Shown here: piece after piece, positions 31,407 through 40,067 of the stretch | How positions within the stretch are numbered: the first letter of the stretch is position 1 | Layout: each line of letters starts with the position of its first letter | Source of the DNA: a virus | Taxonomy: Duplodnaviria; Caudoviricetes | IMG/VR virus record: IMGVR_UViG_3300031974_003050 | Location: 1,438 to 65,437 of that record | Length of the DNA: 64,000 nt | Reading direction: 5' to 3' (one strand) | Made by a program: the position numbers and the translations under genes | The notes under the pieces: generated by a model | The model's database searches: none | Told to the model about the DNA's origin: nothing | The model's input: only the letters and a program-made list of their open reading frames with translations

Positions 31407-31415
31407 AAGGCGAAG

Positions 31416-33236
31416 TTACACCGCGTTATTGAGAAAATGTGTATTTGCTTTCAGATTTATTTGAGATTGCTGTCCTAATTGGCTTGAAACGGGCTTGTAC
31501 AAAGGCTTTTGAGTTGTCCACTCTTTGAACCCAGTATGGCTCAAATCAAAAATAAATTTGATTGGTTCATCTAAAGGAGTGGGCTCCCCACCTGTCTCTA
31601 CCTCTCTAATCTTCCTCACGTGAAGCTCCGTCAACTTCCTCAGATGCATGTCAGGGGCCTGAACCTTTCGGTGTATGGTAAGGAAGCAGTCCGCCCGATT
31701 GACGAACTTGCCTCCCCCCTCCGTATCTTCTGCATACGGGGCTACAGGCAGACCATCGTCACCCTTGCGCCGCTGTGCTTCGGTCACGGCATGCATGTTC
31801 AACCACACAGCCACGTTGTGAGACTTAGAGAACGTAAGGAATTCTGATGCCGCCTCGTAGTGGTAGTCGTGAGCCCCAAGTCCGCTGTTACCGAGCTCAA
31901 GCTTGAGACTGTTGTACGGGTCGATGAAGATGCCGTCTAGATCCTGTTGCTTCATTGTCTTCTCCATGAAGAGCACAATGTCGCTGTAGCTATACACATC
32001 GTGGTTGTTGATGATAGTGAAGTGCTGTTGAACCCACTTGTATGCCGCCTTGCGTTCGGCGTACCCCATGTCCCCTACTTTCCTGCCCTTGGCAAATTGC
32101 ATAAGGGTCATCTTCACCGATGCAGTTCGATTCTCAGAACTGTATATCAGCCACTTCCAATCGTGCCTAACTGCGGAGTTGGCGATGAGGTATAGCATCA
32201 TCGTGGTCTTACCTACGTTGGAGTGACCATTGACGATTACAAACTCCTTCTTGTACCTGAAGTGCTTGTCAATCAACTCATTGCCAGTATCCAAACCGAC
32301 TTCGATCTTCCCATTGGCGTAGTCATCTATCCACCTAAAGTCCTCATCGTCAGATGAAATGAAGGACATATCCCCGTCATTGAGCAATAGCTCACGCTTC
32401 GCGTCTTTCTCATTTGCAACGAGCTCCTTGATGGGCATATTCTTACCTGACTCAATCCCATCGCGGATGGTGTTGATAGCATTCTGCTCGGAGTCGATAT
32501 CACGCTTGTTTATCTCTCGCATAAGCACCCGCACCACCTCATCTTCCTCCATCCTACCAGCGGATATGAATCCGCCGCATAGCCTAGCCGCTGAGTGTAA
32601 TGCTTTGTGCTTCTCCCCATCGTCAGCCATACGTATCATACGTGCGGCAAGATTGAGCTTCATGTAGTCGGTTACAACACCTTCCCTCTCAATCGTTTGT
32701 CCAAGCTCAGCTTTTTCGGATGTAAACATCCCAAACTTATCGCTGTCCTTGATGATTATGTCAGGGTCGTATGACTCAAAGCAAGCCCTAGACTCATTAA
32801 TGCCTGACGGGTCTACCTCAAGTGCATACTTGCGTTCAAAGTACCTTGATATGGCTCGGAAGTGGTCCCTGTGTCTTTCTGGGTTCGTTATACGTACCAA
32901 CGCTTTGACCCCGTCACCTGAAGGACTAGTCCAGCAAGCACACACGTAGTCGTCAGTACCCAAAGCCTGCTTGGTCTCCTCAACGTTAACGTGATCAAAA
33001 TCGAGCACAATGATGCCTGAATGCTCGAAGAGCGCGTCATCCTTCCTAGACGAAAACTCCCCGCTGAAACAAACAACGGGGAGCTTCTTTTTTGCCTCTT
33101 TATCACCTTCTCTAATCTGTGAAATCAGTTCCTTTGACTTTCCCTCCTTTATTCTTCGGAGTGATTGGCTCAGAGTAATATGATTGGGACCGTTGATGTC
33201 CTTTATATCCCTGAATATCGTTATTTTGTTTGTCAT
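31416..33236 (-). CDS. Primase (BT4734/VirE-N-like) fused to an SF4/DnaB-like helicase
   Basis: KKKLP...LDFDH...SPSGDGVK; Walker A GHSNVGKT, Walker B IFIDPY. Confidence 0.8.
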   Translation of the reverse strand: MTNKITIFRDIKDINGPNHITLSQSLRRIKEGKSKELISQIREGDKEAKKKLPVVCFSGEFSSRKDDALFEHSGIIVLDFDHVNVEETKQALGTDDYVCACWTSPSGDGVKALVRITNPERHRDHFRAISRYFERKYALEVDPSGINESRACFESYDPDIIIKDSDKFGMFTSEKAELGQTIEREGVVTDYMKLNLAARMIRMADDGEKHKALHSAARLCGGFISAGRMEEDEVVRVLMREINKRDIDSEQNAINTIRDGIESGKNMPIKELVANEKDAKRELLLNDGDMSFISSDDEDFRWIDDYANGKIEVGLDTGNELIDKHFRYKKEFVIVNGHSNVGKTTMMLYLIANSAVRHDWKWLIYSSENRTASVKMTLMQFAKGRKVGDMGYAERKAAYKWVQQHFTIINNHDVYSYSDIVLFMEKTMKQQDLDGIFIDPYNSLKLELGNSGLGAHDYHYEAASEFLTFSKSHNVAVWLNMHAVTEAQRRKGDDGLPVAPYAEDTEGGGKFVNRADCFLTIHRKVQAPDMHLRKLTELHVRKIREVETGGEPTPLDEPIKFIFDLSHTGFKEWTTQKPLYKPVSSQLGQQSQINLKANTHFLNNAV

Positions 33237-33486
33237 CTCTTGAAATCATAAGCAGGATTAAGTATCCTGTAAGGTCTATTAATGTGTCTTCTGTGCTATC
33301 GTTTAGCCCAACGTTTTGTATACGTTTAAGCTTGTCGTCAATTCTCTGCCGCAACCCATACTCAGCGTTAACTGATGAGAATATGTTCAGCGGCTGTAGT
33401 GCAGCGTCTCCATAAGCTTCGTTCTTCAGAAGAAGCAAATCTTTGACTTCGTTGCACTTAGATACTATCTTGTTTCTTGTGCTCAT
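33112..33486 (-). CDS. Nucleotide-modification-associated domain protein (Nmad1/DUF1599-like)
   Basis: KNEAYGD, RIDDKLKR, EDTLIDLTGYLIL. Confidence 0.7.
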   Translation of the reverse strand: MSTRNKIVSKCNEVKDLLLLKNEAYGDAALQPLNIFSSVNAEYGLRQRIDDKLKRIQNVGLNDSTEDTLIDLTGYLILLMISRDDKQNNDIQGYKGHQRSQSYYSEPITPKNKGGKVKGTDFTD

Positions 33487-33745
33487 CTATAGTGAGTTGA
33501 GAGTTCGATATGAACTTTTTGCTTACGATATCCCTGATAATCACCTGCCTGTCTGACTTAGAGGTCTTGCCATAAAGCTCTGACCTCAGTCGCGACATAG
33601 TCTTATTGTCATATCGCATAATGTCAGAAGGCGAGGTGAATACAGAGATAATCCACTTGACGCGCTCGTGCGCCTCCTTTCTTTTTTTGAAGGCAACACG
33701 AGCGGTCATCAAGTATATAGGAGCCCTATCAGAAGGGGAGGTCAT
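33458..33745 (-). CDS. Hypothetical protein
   Basis: Operon-embedded ORF; start uncertain. Confidence 0.5.
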   Translation of the reverse strand: MTSPSDRAPIYLMTARVAFKKRKEAHERVKWIISVFTSPSDIMRYDNKTMSRLRSELYGKTSKSDRQVIIRDIVSKKFISNSQLTIDEHKKQDSI

Positions 33746-34022
33746 CTTCTACGACCTGTTCTGATTTGGCGTTACGGCGCTCCTTAGCACCCTCGCTATT
33801 CGGATCGAATACACGAGCGCAAGCTTTGCCACTCTTACTCATGAAGAGCGTGAGGTATACATTACCACCACCCTTTTCTGTTTTGATGGTGGTGTATTTA
33901 TCCAGCATATCCTGGAGTTCGTGGTCTTTGAGCTTTACGCTCCATGCGACGATATCGCCGTTGTCATTACGCTTGGGCTCTTCGGTCCAGCCCACGAGGA
34001 CGGAATCATAGTTCTTATCCAT
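33729..34022 (-). CDS. Putative single-stranded DNA-binding protein
   Basis: C-terminal EDDLPF tail. Confidence 0.6.
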   Translation of the reverse strand: MDKNYDSVLVGWTEEPKRNDNGDIVAWSVKLKDHELQDMLDKYTTIKTEKGGGNVYLTLFMSKSGKACARVFDPNSEGAKERRNAKSEQVVEDDLPF

Positions 34023-34093
34023 AGTGAAAAAAATTAATAATGAAATAAAGGGTTACGAAAATAAAAAAAATAGTCTTGATGGTTTTGTATGCT

Positions 34094-34924
34094 TTATACG
34101 CTAAACTCTGCATAATCTTTGTCGTAGTCATAGTCAGGTCCAAGTTCTAGAAATGTAGCTATACGTCCTATAGCTTCGTTAAACTTCATTTCCCCTGAGA
34201 ACAGGGTCTCTTCTGTGCATCGAACAATTCCTGGATAGAACGGGTATGCTTTCTCCTGCACGAGCCAATAGAAGTCTTCAGCCCCTGACACCTTCATGTA
34301 AATGTACGCCTGTATGTCGTAACAGAAGGATCCAACGTCATATCTAAACTTTTGCATGGACCGCGTGCTCTTGGAGTCTACAACTATCTTGTCTCCCAAG
34401 CAGTCGTAGAACCCGCGCACTCTGATTCCGTCAATGTCGTCGTTAAACTCCACCTGAAACTGACCACCATTCAGGTACGAATCGTACAATCCTGATGCGT
34501 AGAGTCGGTCAATCATCTCCTGCGCCTTGGTCCAGTCGTCAACTAACACAATCTCTTGCCCGTTGTCCTCTACCTTAGCCTTGTACTCAGAAAAAAGACG
34601 CTTCCACTCGTTCGTAGCCTTCGGGTTCTTACCTGACCTAGCTTTCTCTGACATTTGGTCAAGGATAGCGTTGTCGTTAAGTATAACGTAGTGAGACTTT
34701 GCTCGATCAGGCTCGAACAACATCATGTCGTATAGAGAACCAAACGTAAGGGCGTCACTCGTCTTCTTGACCTCCCCCTTCATATACATGTCGAACAATC
34801 GCATGTCGCCAAGGGCATTCTTGATGGAAGAGTAAGAGAGGTACTTTTTATTGTACCTCTTCTCAATCATATCCATAAATGCTTCTGTAGTCAATTCTTC
34901 AGTCATTATTTTCTTCTGATTCAA
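34094..34924 (-). CDS. PD-(D/E)XK exonuclease (RecE/ExoVIII, DUF3799-like)
   Basis: LSYSSIK, FGS..D...EP, RGFYD...VDSKST, YDIQAYIY. Confidence 0.75.
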   Translation of the reverse strand: MNQKKIMTEELTTEAFMDMIEKRYNKKYLSYSSIKNALGDMRLFDMYMKGEVKKTSDALTFGSLYDMMLFEPDRAKSHYVILNDNAILDQMSEKARSGKNPKATNEWKRLFSEYKAKVEDNGQEIVLVDDWTKAQEMIDRLYASGLYDSYLNGGQFQVEFNDDIDGIRVRGFYDCLGDKIVVDSKSTRSMQKFRYDVGSFCYDIQAYIYMKVSGAEDFYWLVQEKAYPFYPGIVRCTEETLFSGEMKFNEAIGRIATFLELGPDYDYDKDYAEFSV

Positions 34925-35023
34925 TTTTCTCTAAGGTTCGTGTGAAGACCATCATCATGATGGCCTCCTCACTATACCCTCGTCTTCTAAGCTTGTCTTC
35001 GAAGCTGTCTTCTATTGGAATTT

Positions 35024-35587
35024 TCATCGTACAAATTTCTTCAGTCCATTCTTCTGGCCCTCGCTTAACTCGGATCCGTACTTGGATATCACAAGTTCGT
35101 ATGCCTTCGATCGGTCGGAAGAGTTCTTCAAATACTTCACGGCCTTGTCCATGATGTTGCTCTCTTCCTTCGGTTCGTTTCCCGAAGTCTTGGCCTTAGC
35201 CCTAGTCTTCTTGGGGGCGGGCTGTTCTTCCTGTTGTGCAATCGCATCCTGGACTTCATTCGCTGAAGCGATAGATGTATCAATACCGATACCAAGCATA
35301 GCCAAAGCACGCCCTACGGCTGACGTTTCGCAGTTCTCGATGTGACTCGTCTTGTTTATGTTTGAGCTACCCTTAACCTCGTGGGCATGACCAGTGGCTA
35401 CGATATTGCCACTCGCATCTAGGATGCTGGTACACATAACGATTTCTTCTTCGTTCATGTGCTCGATGCGTGTGCTGATGCTCCAGCCTTTGTACTGCTC
35501 CTCCTGACGGAAGAACTTTATTCGCTCGTTGACTTCAACGTACTGCTTGCCACGGATGTTCGTGGTCTTGAACTTGTAATTACTCAT
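35024..35587 (-). CDS. ssDNA-annealing recombinase (Rad52/Sak-like)
   Basis: GKQYVEVNERI, ENCETSAVGRALAMLGIG; next to the exonuclease. Confidence 0.7.
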   Translation of the reverse strand: MSNYKFKTTNIRGKQYVEVNERIKFFRQEEQYKGWSISTRIEHMNEEEIVMCTSILDASGNIVATGHAHEVKGSSNINKTSHIENCETSAVGRALAMLGIGIDTSIASANEVQDAIAQQEEQPAPKKTRAKAKTSGNEPKEESNIMDKAVKYLKNSSDRSKAYELVISKYGSELSEGQKNGLKKFVR

Positions 35588-35615
35588 GTATTGAGATTTA
35601 ATTGAGTTTGTAAAT

Positions 35616-36089
35616 TTACTGAACTAGTTTGGAGTTTTCAAGGTGACTGACAGCTTTTAACAGTTTTTCTCTTCGTGCAGACAGGTGTTCCATCTGACGT
35701 TCGATGAACCTGAGCTTCAGTCCGTTAGACTTGAGATAACCCTCGGTATTGTATCTAGTACCAAGGTATTGTAGGTTGTCATATAGGTCTCGGAAGTCTT
35801 TAGACTTACGCATCTGAATGTTTCCGTTGTCCCTCCAGTGATTTGGGGTCGTGCGATCACGCTCAAACCACTCACCTATGGCCCCCATTTTGCTTTTATT
35901 GAGTCTGTGATACTTATCGAGCACCCATAAGGTGAAGAGGTAATGACCTGTTTGGTCAACAAACCTCTGCTTGTTGTCTCCTGTATCTCTCATGTTGTGA
36001 GGCTTCCCATAGTAGTCGGTTAGGAGAAGGTTGATTTCGTTCTCCAATTCTTGGAAGTCGCTTCGTGTTCTGTCGTCAATGTAACCCAT
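35616..36089 (-). CDS. DnaA C-terminal-like HTH protein
   Basis: IGEWFERDRTTPNH resembles the DnaA domain IV signature IGxxFxRDHTTVxH. Confidence 0.5.
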   Translation of the reverse strand: MGYIDDRTRSDFQELENEINLLLTDYYGKPHNMRDTGDNKQRFVDQTGHYLFTLWVLDKYHRLNKSKMGAIGEWFERDRTTPNHWRDNGNIQMRKSKDFRDLYDNLQYLGTRYNTEGYLKSNGLKLRFIERQMEHLSARREKLLKAVSHLENSKLVQ

Positions 36090-36480
36090 AGTATTTTATT
36101 TTAATAACTTGTTGAATTTCGAAATATGCTCTCATAGCTTTTACAGCACTTATCATGGATTCACGCATACCCTCCATGGTTTTTATGTAATCCACCCTAT
36201 CTTGGTCTTCTTCGCCTTCACCTATGTAACCTTCTATAAACAACTCATCTATGAAGCTTTCACCTACAGCATAAGACTTTAGCTTATTCATTGAAGTTTC
36301 TGATGACTCGTCCATTATTTCAATGAATGTGTTTATGACCATAGTGGGGGGCCACTCTATCCATTCCTCTAGCCCATGTTCTTGCAAGTCACTGGCCGCC
36401 ATGTGGCAGGCCATAGCTTCGTTCGCGGGAAGGTTGCAGGCGTGATCTATAATGTAAATTATCGCGTCTTCTTTATGCAT
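36076..36480 (-). CDS. Hypothetical protein
   Basis: Start reassigned to MHKEDA, coupled to the neighbouring gene. Confidence 0.55.
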   Translation of the reverse strand: MHKEDAIIYIIDHACNLPANEAMACHMAASDLQEHGLEEWIEWPPTMVINTFIEIMDESSETSMNKLKSYAVGESFIDELFIEGYIGEGEEDQDRVDYIKTMEGMRESMISAVKAMRAYFEIQQVIKIKYYGLH

Positions 36481-36868
36481 CCTTAAAGATACCCCTTCCG
36501 AGAGTAACGAGTTTGTCGATTTCGCAGTTGTCAACATTGGTCTCGTCTTGCGTGTGCCAATGAGGGTTGATGCGAGGGTTGTATCGGTATTGCTTACCGA
36601 CCCTTGTTGCTGGTCCTGGCATTGGCCAAACCGACTTACACCATACCCATGCGCATACCGTCTTGTTTTCACCTTGGAAGATTTTCTGTGAAATCGAGGG
36701 TTTATTGCCAAGCTTGCAATCAAGCATAAGCAACCTTGTATCATCAGGGCTGTAATAACGTGGTGAACCATCAGGGTCATTTATGTCTCTAACTTGCCAT
36801 TTCATGTAGTTATCGCCTTTAGCGAGATGAAAGCGGACCTTGTAATTGTATTTAGAATTGTTGTTCAT
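36473..36868 (-). CDS. Hypothetical protein
   Basis: KVRFHLAKG.NYMKWQV...CAWV...YNPR. Confidence 0.6.
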   Translation of the reverse strand: MNNNSKYNYKVRFHLAKGDNYMKWQVRDINDPDGSPRYYSPDDTRLLMLDCKLGNKPSISQKIFQGENKTVCAWVWCKSVWPMPGPATRVGKQYRYNPRINPHWHTQDETNVDNCEIDKLVTLGRGIFKDA

Positions 36869-37019
36869 CTTGTTGTTGAAGCTTGAGTTTTGCGTTGTAG
36901 TTTCTGAGAGACCCATCGAGCATGATACCCCACATTCTGACATTTGGCTGCTCTTCAGCCCTTCGTGACAGGAATTCTATGTAATTCCATAGTTCTCTCA
37001 TGTAGTTATCTGTTATCAT
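36852..37019 (-). CDS. Small hypothetical protein
   Basis: MITDNYMRELWNY, 55 aa, fills the gap between genes. Confidence 0.45.
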   Translation of the reverse strand: MITDNYMRELWNYIEFLSRRAEEQPNVRMWGIMLDGSLRNYNAKLKLQQQDEQQF

Positions 37020-37395
37020 GTGCGGCGTGGATTGATGATAGTGATGAACGGCGCAGAACGTCATTTTCCCTGCGTAGCTCTGTAATTTCTCTCTGGAGTT
37101 CGGTAATCTCATGGAGGCGTCTAGAAGCCGCCATGTCCACAGCCTCGAAGTTGTCTTTCCACTCGTCAATAGCGACAAGGGATTTGATATACTTGTCGTG
37201 CATGGAGTTTTGTGCGCTGGAGATTGCCGCCATCTCGTCACCCACGGTTTCGAGGAAGACGGCAATGTATTCGAGGTCAGGTTTGGCGCTCATCCACCGA
37301 CCCGTTTCGATGCTTTCGATGGCATGGGTAGCGCGTTTCTGTGCGCCTTCGATTGTGGTCTCCATCACGTTGTTGTTCAGTTCTTCTTTAATCAT
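37006..37395 (-). CDS. Coiled-coil hypothetical protein
   Basis: ITELQREITELRREN. Confidence 0.55.
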   Translation of the reverse strand: MIKEELNNNVMETTIEGAQKRATHAIESIETGRWMSAKPDLEYIAVFLETVGDEMAAISSAQNSMHDKYIKSLVAIDEWKDNFEAVDMAASRRLHEITELQREITELRRENDVLRRSSLSSIHAAHDNR

Positions 37396-37504
37396 TGTGT
37401 AAGGTTGTTTGCTATTTGTGCTATTCCTGCGGCTATGCACCATGCAACGAGTACTAAGCAAGTGTAAATCAAAAGAGTATAGAAGGTGTGTTTTGTGTTT
37501 TCGC

Positions 37505-37789
37505 TCATTGTATGAATCTGTTTTCTTCGATAATTTCGTGTACAAAAATTGGTACGCTTTCTCTCCATGCCGTGTCACCGCTGTTTATCATATCCCAAAT
37601 AACCTCGGTGTCAGCGTGTGTAGGGGAGAACAGGGAAGCGAGGTGGCGGAGACGTTTGATGTCCCCGCACGGATCGTCTTCGTCCAGCCACTTGTCTTTC
37701 TTGTTACGTGCCAACTGACGCTTAGCGTAGTCTCGCAATCGCAGTGCAACGTGGCGGTCAAGGTGTTTATTGCGTGTGTAAAAGCTCAT
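37505..37789 (-). CDS. Early hypothetical protein
   Basis: MSFYTRNK start after an AC-rich leader. Confidence 0.55.
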   Translation of the reverse strand: MSFYTRNKHLDRHVALRLRDYAKRQLARNKKDKWLDEDDPCGDIKRLRHLASLFSPTHADTEVIWDMINSGDTAWRESVPIFVHEIIEENRFIQ

Positions 37790-37800
37790 GTCTGTTTGAA

Positions 37801-38499
37801 TTAGAGTGTAGTGATTCGATTGTCGTCTGTGTATACCATCTGCTTCATGGCTTGGGTGGGGAAGTAGTGAGTGCAGGTGTCGTCGATGTCCACCATGGAA
37901 TCCTGTGGCCACTCAATGTTACGCACCACCTCAGCGAGGCTGTCGTAAGCGTGGCAGAGGTTGTTGTATGCGTACTTGAGGTCCACGGCCCGCTCCTTGT
38001 CGTTGTACCACCTCCACTTGATGCGCTCCACCTCACGGGAGATACTCTCCTCTGCCATGCGGATGGCGGTGGACTTGTGTGTGATGGTGGTCACCATGTC
38101 GTCCATCTGGTCATATACAACCACGCCGTCACCGAGCATCACCCCGTCATACACTTGGATGAAGAGGGTGTGGAACCCCCAATCGTCGATGTCTTCGGGG
38201 TCGATGCTGTCGCTGAACTCAGGGGTGAGCTTGACCCACCCACCATGCGGACACTCCTCGATGTCGTAGCGAACGAGGTCAACCTCTGTGCGTAGGGAGT
38301 AGTTTTCGATACGCTCTTGGTAATACTCCAAGCGGTCGTGTGCCCACTGGTCGATGTATTCCTCGACCATAGCCTTGGCAAGTTCAGGGGCTACCACATC
38401 CTCGATGCGGCGGCAGGTGGTGTCTGAGTAACCTTCGTTCATACCTCCGATGGAGTCGATGACGAAGTAGTGGGGGGCGGTGCGTAGTGCAGTGTTCAT
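37801..38499 (-). CDS. Early acidic hypothetical protein
   Basis: 232 aa, D/E-rich. Confidence 0.65.
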   Translation of the reverse strand: MNTALRTAPHYFVIDSIGGMNEGYSDTTCRRIEDVVAPELAKAMVEEYIDQWAHDRLEYYQERIENYSLRTEVDLVRYDIEECPHGGWVKLTPEFSDSIDPEDIDDWGFHTLFIQVYDGVMLGDGVVVYDQMDDMVTTITHKSTAIRMAEESISREVERIKWRWYNDKERAVDLKYAYNNLCHAYDSLAEVVRNIEWPQDSMVDIDDTCTHYFPTQAMKQMVYTDDNRITTL

Positions 38500-38504
38500 G
38501 AGTA

Positions 38505-38702
38505 TTATTTGTTGGGGTTGAGTCGGTTGTCTTCGTCGTAGTTCAGGTCTTCGATACGCTCGGCGGCCTCTTCGATGTTGTCGAGGAGAGTGCCGATGCT
38601 TACGTCCTCTGTGACCTGTGCGTCGAGGATTTCAGGGAGCATCTGATTGATGAGGATTCGGACATCCTCAAGGATGGCACGAGCGGCTTCGAGTTCGCTC
38701 AT
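38505..38702 (-). CDS. Small acidic early protein
   Basis: MSELEAAR, 65 aa. Confidence 0.5.
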   Translation of the reverse strand: MSELEAARAILEDVRILINQMLPEILDAQVTEDVSIGTLLDNIEEAAERIEDLNYDEDNRLNPNK

Positions 38703-38725
38703 GTCTTGGATTGTGTGTGCCTGTC

Positions 38726-38914
38726 TCATACTACGGGGAGTTTTGCCAACGCCTCGGTCAGCAGTTCGTGAATCTTGCGGAACGCTTGGATGTCTTCCAT
38801 GCATCCCGTAGTCATGTTCGTATCAGGGACTCGGATGGTGGTAAATCCGTAGCCTCGTTCGACCTCCACCTCGAAGGGGATGTCATCTACCACGATGGTG
38901 TCTGTGTATTTCAT
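38726..38914 (-). CDS. Small early protein
   Basis: Directly downstream of a promoter, TCAACGCTATG leader. Confidence 0.55.
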   Translation of the reverse strand: MKYTDTIVVDDIPFEVEVERGYGFTTIRVPDTNMTTGCMEDIQAFRKIHELLTEALAKLPVV

Positions 38915-38938
38915 AGCGTTGAAGTTTGAATTCGTCGG

Positions 38939-38970
38939 CAAAGATACGCCGTTGGTTTGGATTTTGCAAA
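38939..38970 (-). promoter_or_regulatory. Bacteroidota-type promoter
   Basis: TTTG-N20-TATCTTTG. Confidence 0.8.
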
Positions 38971-38971
38971 T

Positions 38972-39187
38972 TTAATTTTCTTCCCTTTGGGAAAGGTAGT
39001 TCTTGATGGAGTGGTTACCGATGAGTCCGAAGAGCGGCCGCTGCCTGTCTTCGAGAGCTACGTCATTGCGGTACACGTCAATCGAGCACTCTCCTGCATC
39101 CATCATGTCATGGATGTCATCCATCAGTTGTTCGTCTGTCCGATGGTAGATGTCCCCGTTAGGGTGGTGTATAAGGTATACTTTCAT
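38972..39187 (-). CDS. Small early protein
   Basis: MKVYLIHHPNGD; ATGA coupling. Confidence 0.5.
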   Translation of the reverse strand: MKVYLIHHPNGDIYHRTDEQLMDDIHDMMDAGECSIDVYRNDVALEDRQRPLFGLIGNHSIKNYLSQREEN

Positions 39188-39432
39188 TGGTTCAGGTATC
39201 GTTGCTTGAGTTCTTTCATCGGGTTGAGATAGATTTCTTGCATCAACTGCGTATCGTTGAACATGTCTCCATCGCGCAGTTTGTCTGCGAGGGCATCCAG
39301 CCACTCGGCTTCGTATTGCGAAGCCTTCTTCTCGAAGCGTTCGTCTAGGATAATCATTGCAATCTCTTGCATGCTCTTGCGCTCGATCTCGCGGACTACG
39401 CCGTCAATGCGCTCTTGTTTAAATGTGCTCAT
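39184..39432 (-). CDS. Small early protein
   Basis: MSTFKQER. Confidence 0.5.
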   Translation of the reverse strand: MSTFKQERIDGVVREIERKSMQEIAMIILDERFEKKASQYEAEWLDALADKLRDGDMFNDTQLMQEIYLNPMKELKQRYLNQ

Positions 39433-39442
39433 GTTTGTGTGT

Positions 39443-39616
39443 TTACTTGTTATAATCATTCCAGTTGTGCCTGCTGTACAGGTAGTCTATGTACTCGTCG
39501 TCCTCGTCTCTCAACTCTGCGAAGAGTTGTTCTTCTGCAATTCTCAGCAGGTCTTCATGTTTCATGCGCTCAAGTTCCATGTGAATCAAGCGGTCGATTT
39601 TTTCTTCTCGTGTCAT
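39443..39616 (-). CDS. Small acidic early protein
   Basis: MTREEKIDRLIH, 57 aa, AC-rich leader; not in the ORF track. Confidence 0.5.
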   Translation of the reverse strand: MTREEKIDRLIHMELERMKHEDLLRIAEEQLFAELRDEDDEYIDYLYSRHNWNDYNK

Positions 39617-39629
39617 GTGTGTGTTTGTG

Positions 39630-39760
39630 TAGCGATAAGGGGAGTCGAACCCCTACCAATCCTCACATCGGTTGCCATAAGCCCGTGGTCACGGGTGGAA
39701 GCTTTGTCTATTGGATTGGCGCACACCATCCTCGCATCCTCATGCAAGAGTGCTATCGCT
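39630..39760 (-). ncRNA. Expanded tRNA-like RNA (~130 nt)
   Basis: Acceptor AGCGATA/TATCGCT-A, T-arm AGGGG-TTCGACT-CCCCT, extra stems. Confidence 0.6.
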
Positions 39761-39770
39761 ATGTATTCTG

Positions 39771-39843
39771 TACCCACGGCAGGATTCGAACCTGCGACCG
39801 ACTGCTTAGAAGGCAGTTGCTCTATCCCCTGAGCTACGTGGGC
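39771..39843 (-). tRNA. tRNA-Arg(TCT)
   Basis: GCCCACGTAGCTCAGGGGATAGAGCAACTGC-CTTCTAA-GCAGTCGGTCGCAGGTTCGAATCCTGCCGTGGGTA. Confidence 0.93.
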
Positions 39844-39847
39844 TATG

Positions 39848-39920
39848 TGCGCCTGGTAGGACTTGAACCTACGACCTGCCGATTATGAGTCGGATGCTCT
39901 AACCACTGAGCTACAGGCGC
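39848..39920 (-). tRNA. tRNA with CAT anticodon, probably Ile2 (lysidine); Met not excluded
   Basis: GCGCCTGTAGCTCAGTGGTTAGAGCATCCGA-CTCATAA-TCGGCAGGTCGTAGGTTCAAGTCCTACCAGGCGCA. Confidence 0.9.
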
Positions 39921-39921
39921 A

Positions 39922-40060
39922 TGGCGGGGGCACCCCTCCCCCTTGCATAATTGTGAACAATCCAAATTCACTCGGTTATGCCATCCGACGCAGGGGCCAA
40001 TCACCTCCCCCGCTTGCATACTTTCACAGGACCCCTCCTGATACGGGTATGCCAGCCGCC
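39922..40060 (-). ncRNA. Tandem two-unit structured RNA upstream of the tRNAs
   Basis: Two copies of GGCATAN-CCG-hairpin-AA-NTATGC-AAG followed by a G-rich hairpin. Confidence 0.55.
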
Positions 40061-40067
40061 CACAATG

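Noticed and set aside
39630-39760. Calling the element a tmRNA or an intron-containing tRNA
   Set aside because: Too short for a tmRNA or group I intron; no G3-U70 Ala identity, tag ORF or canonical D-arm
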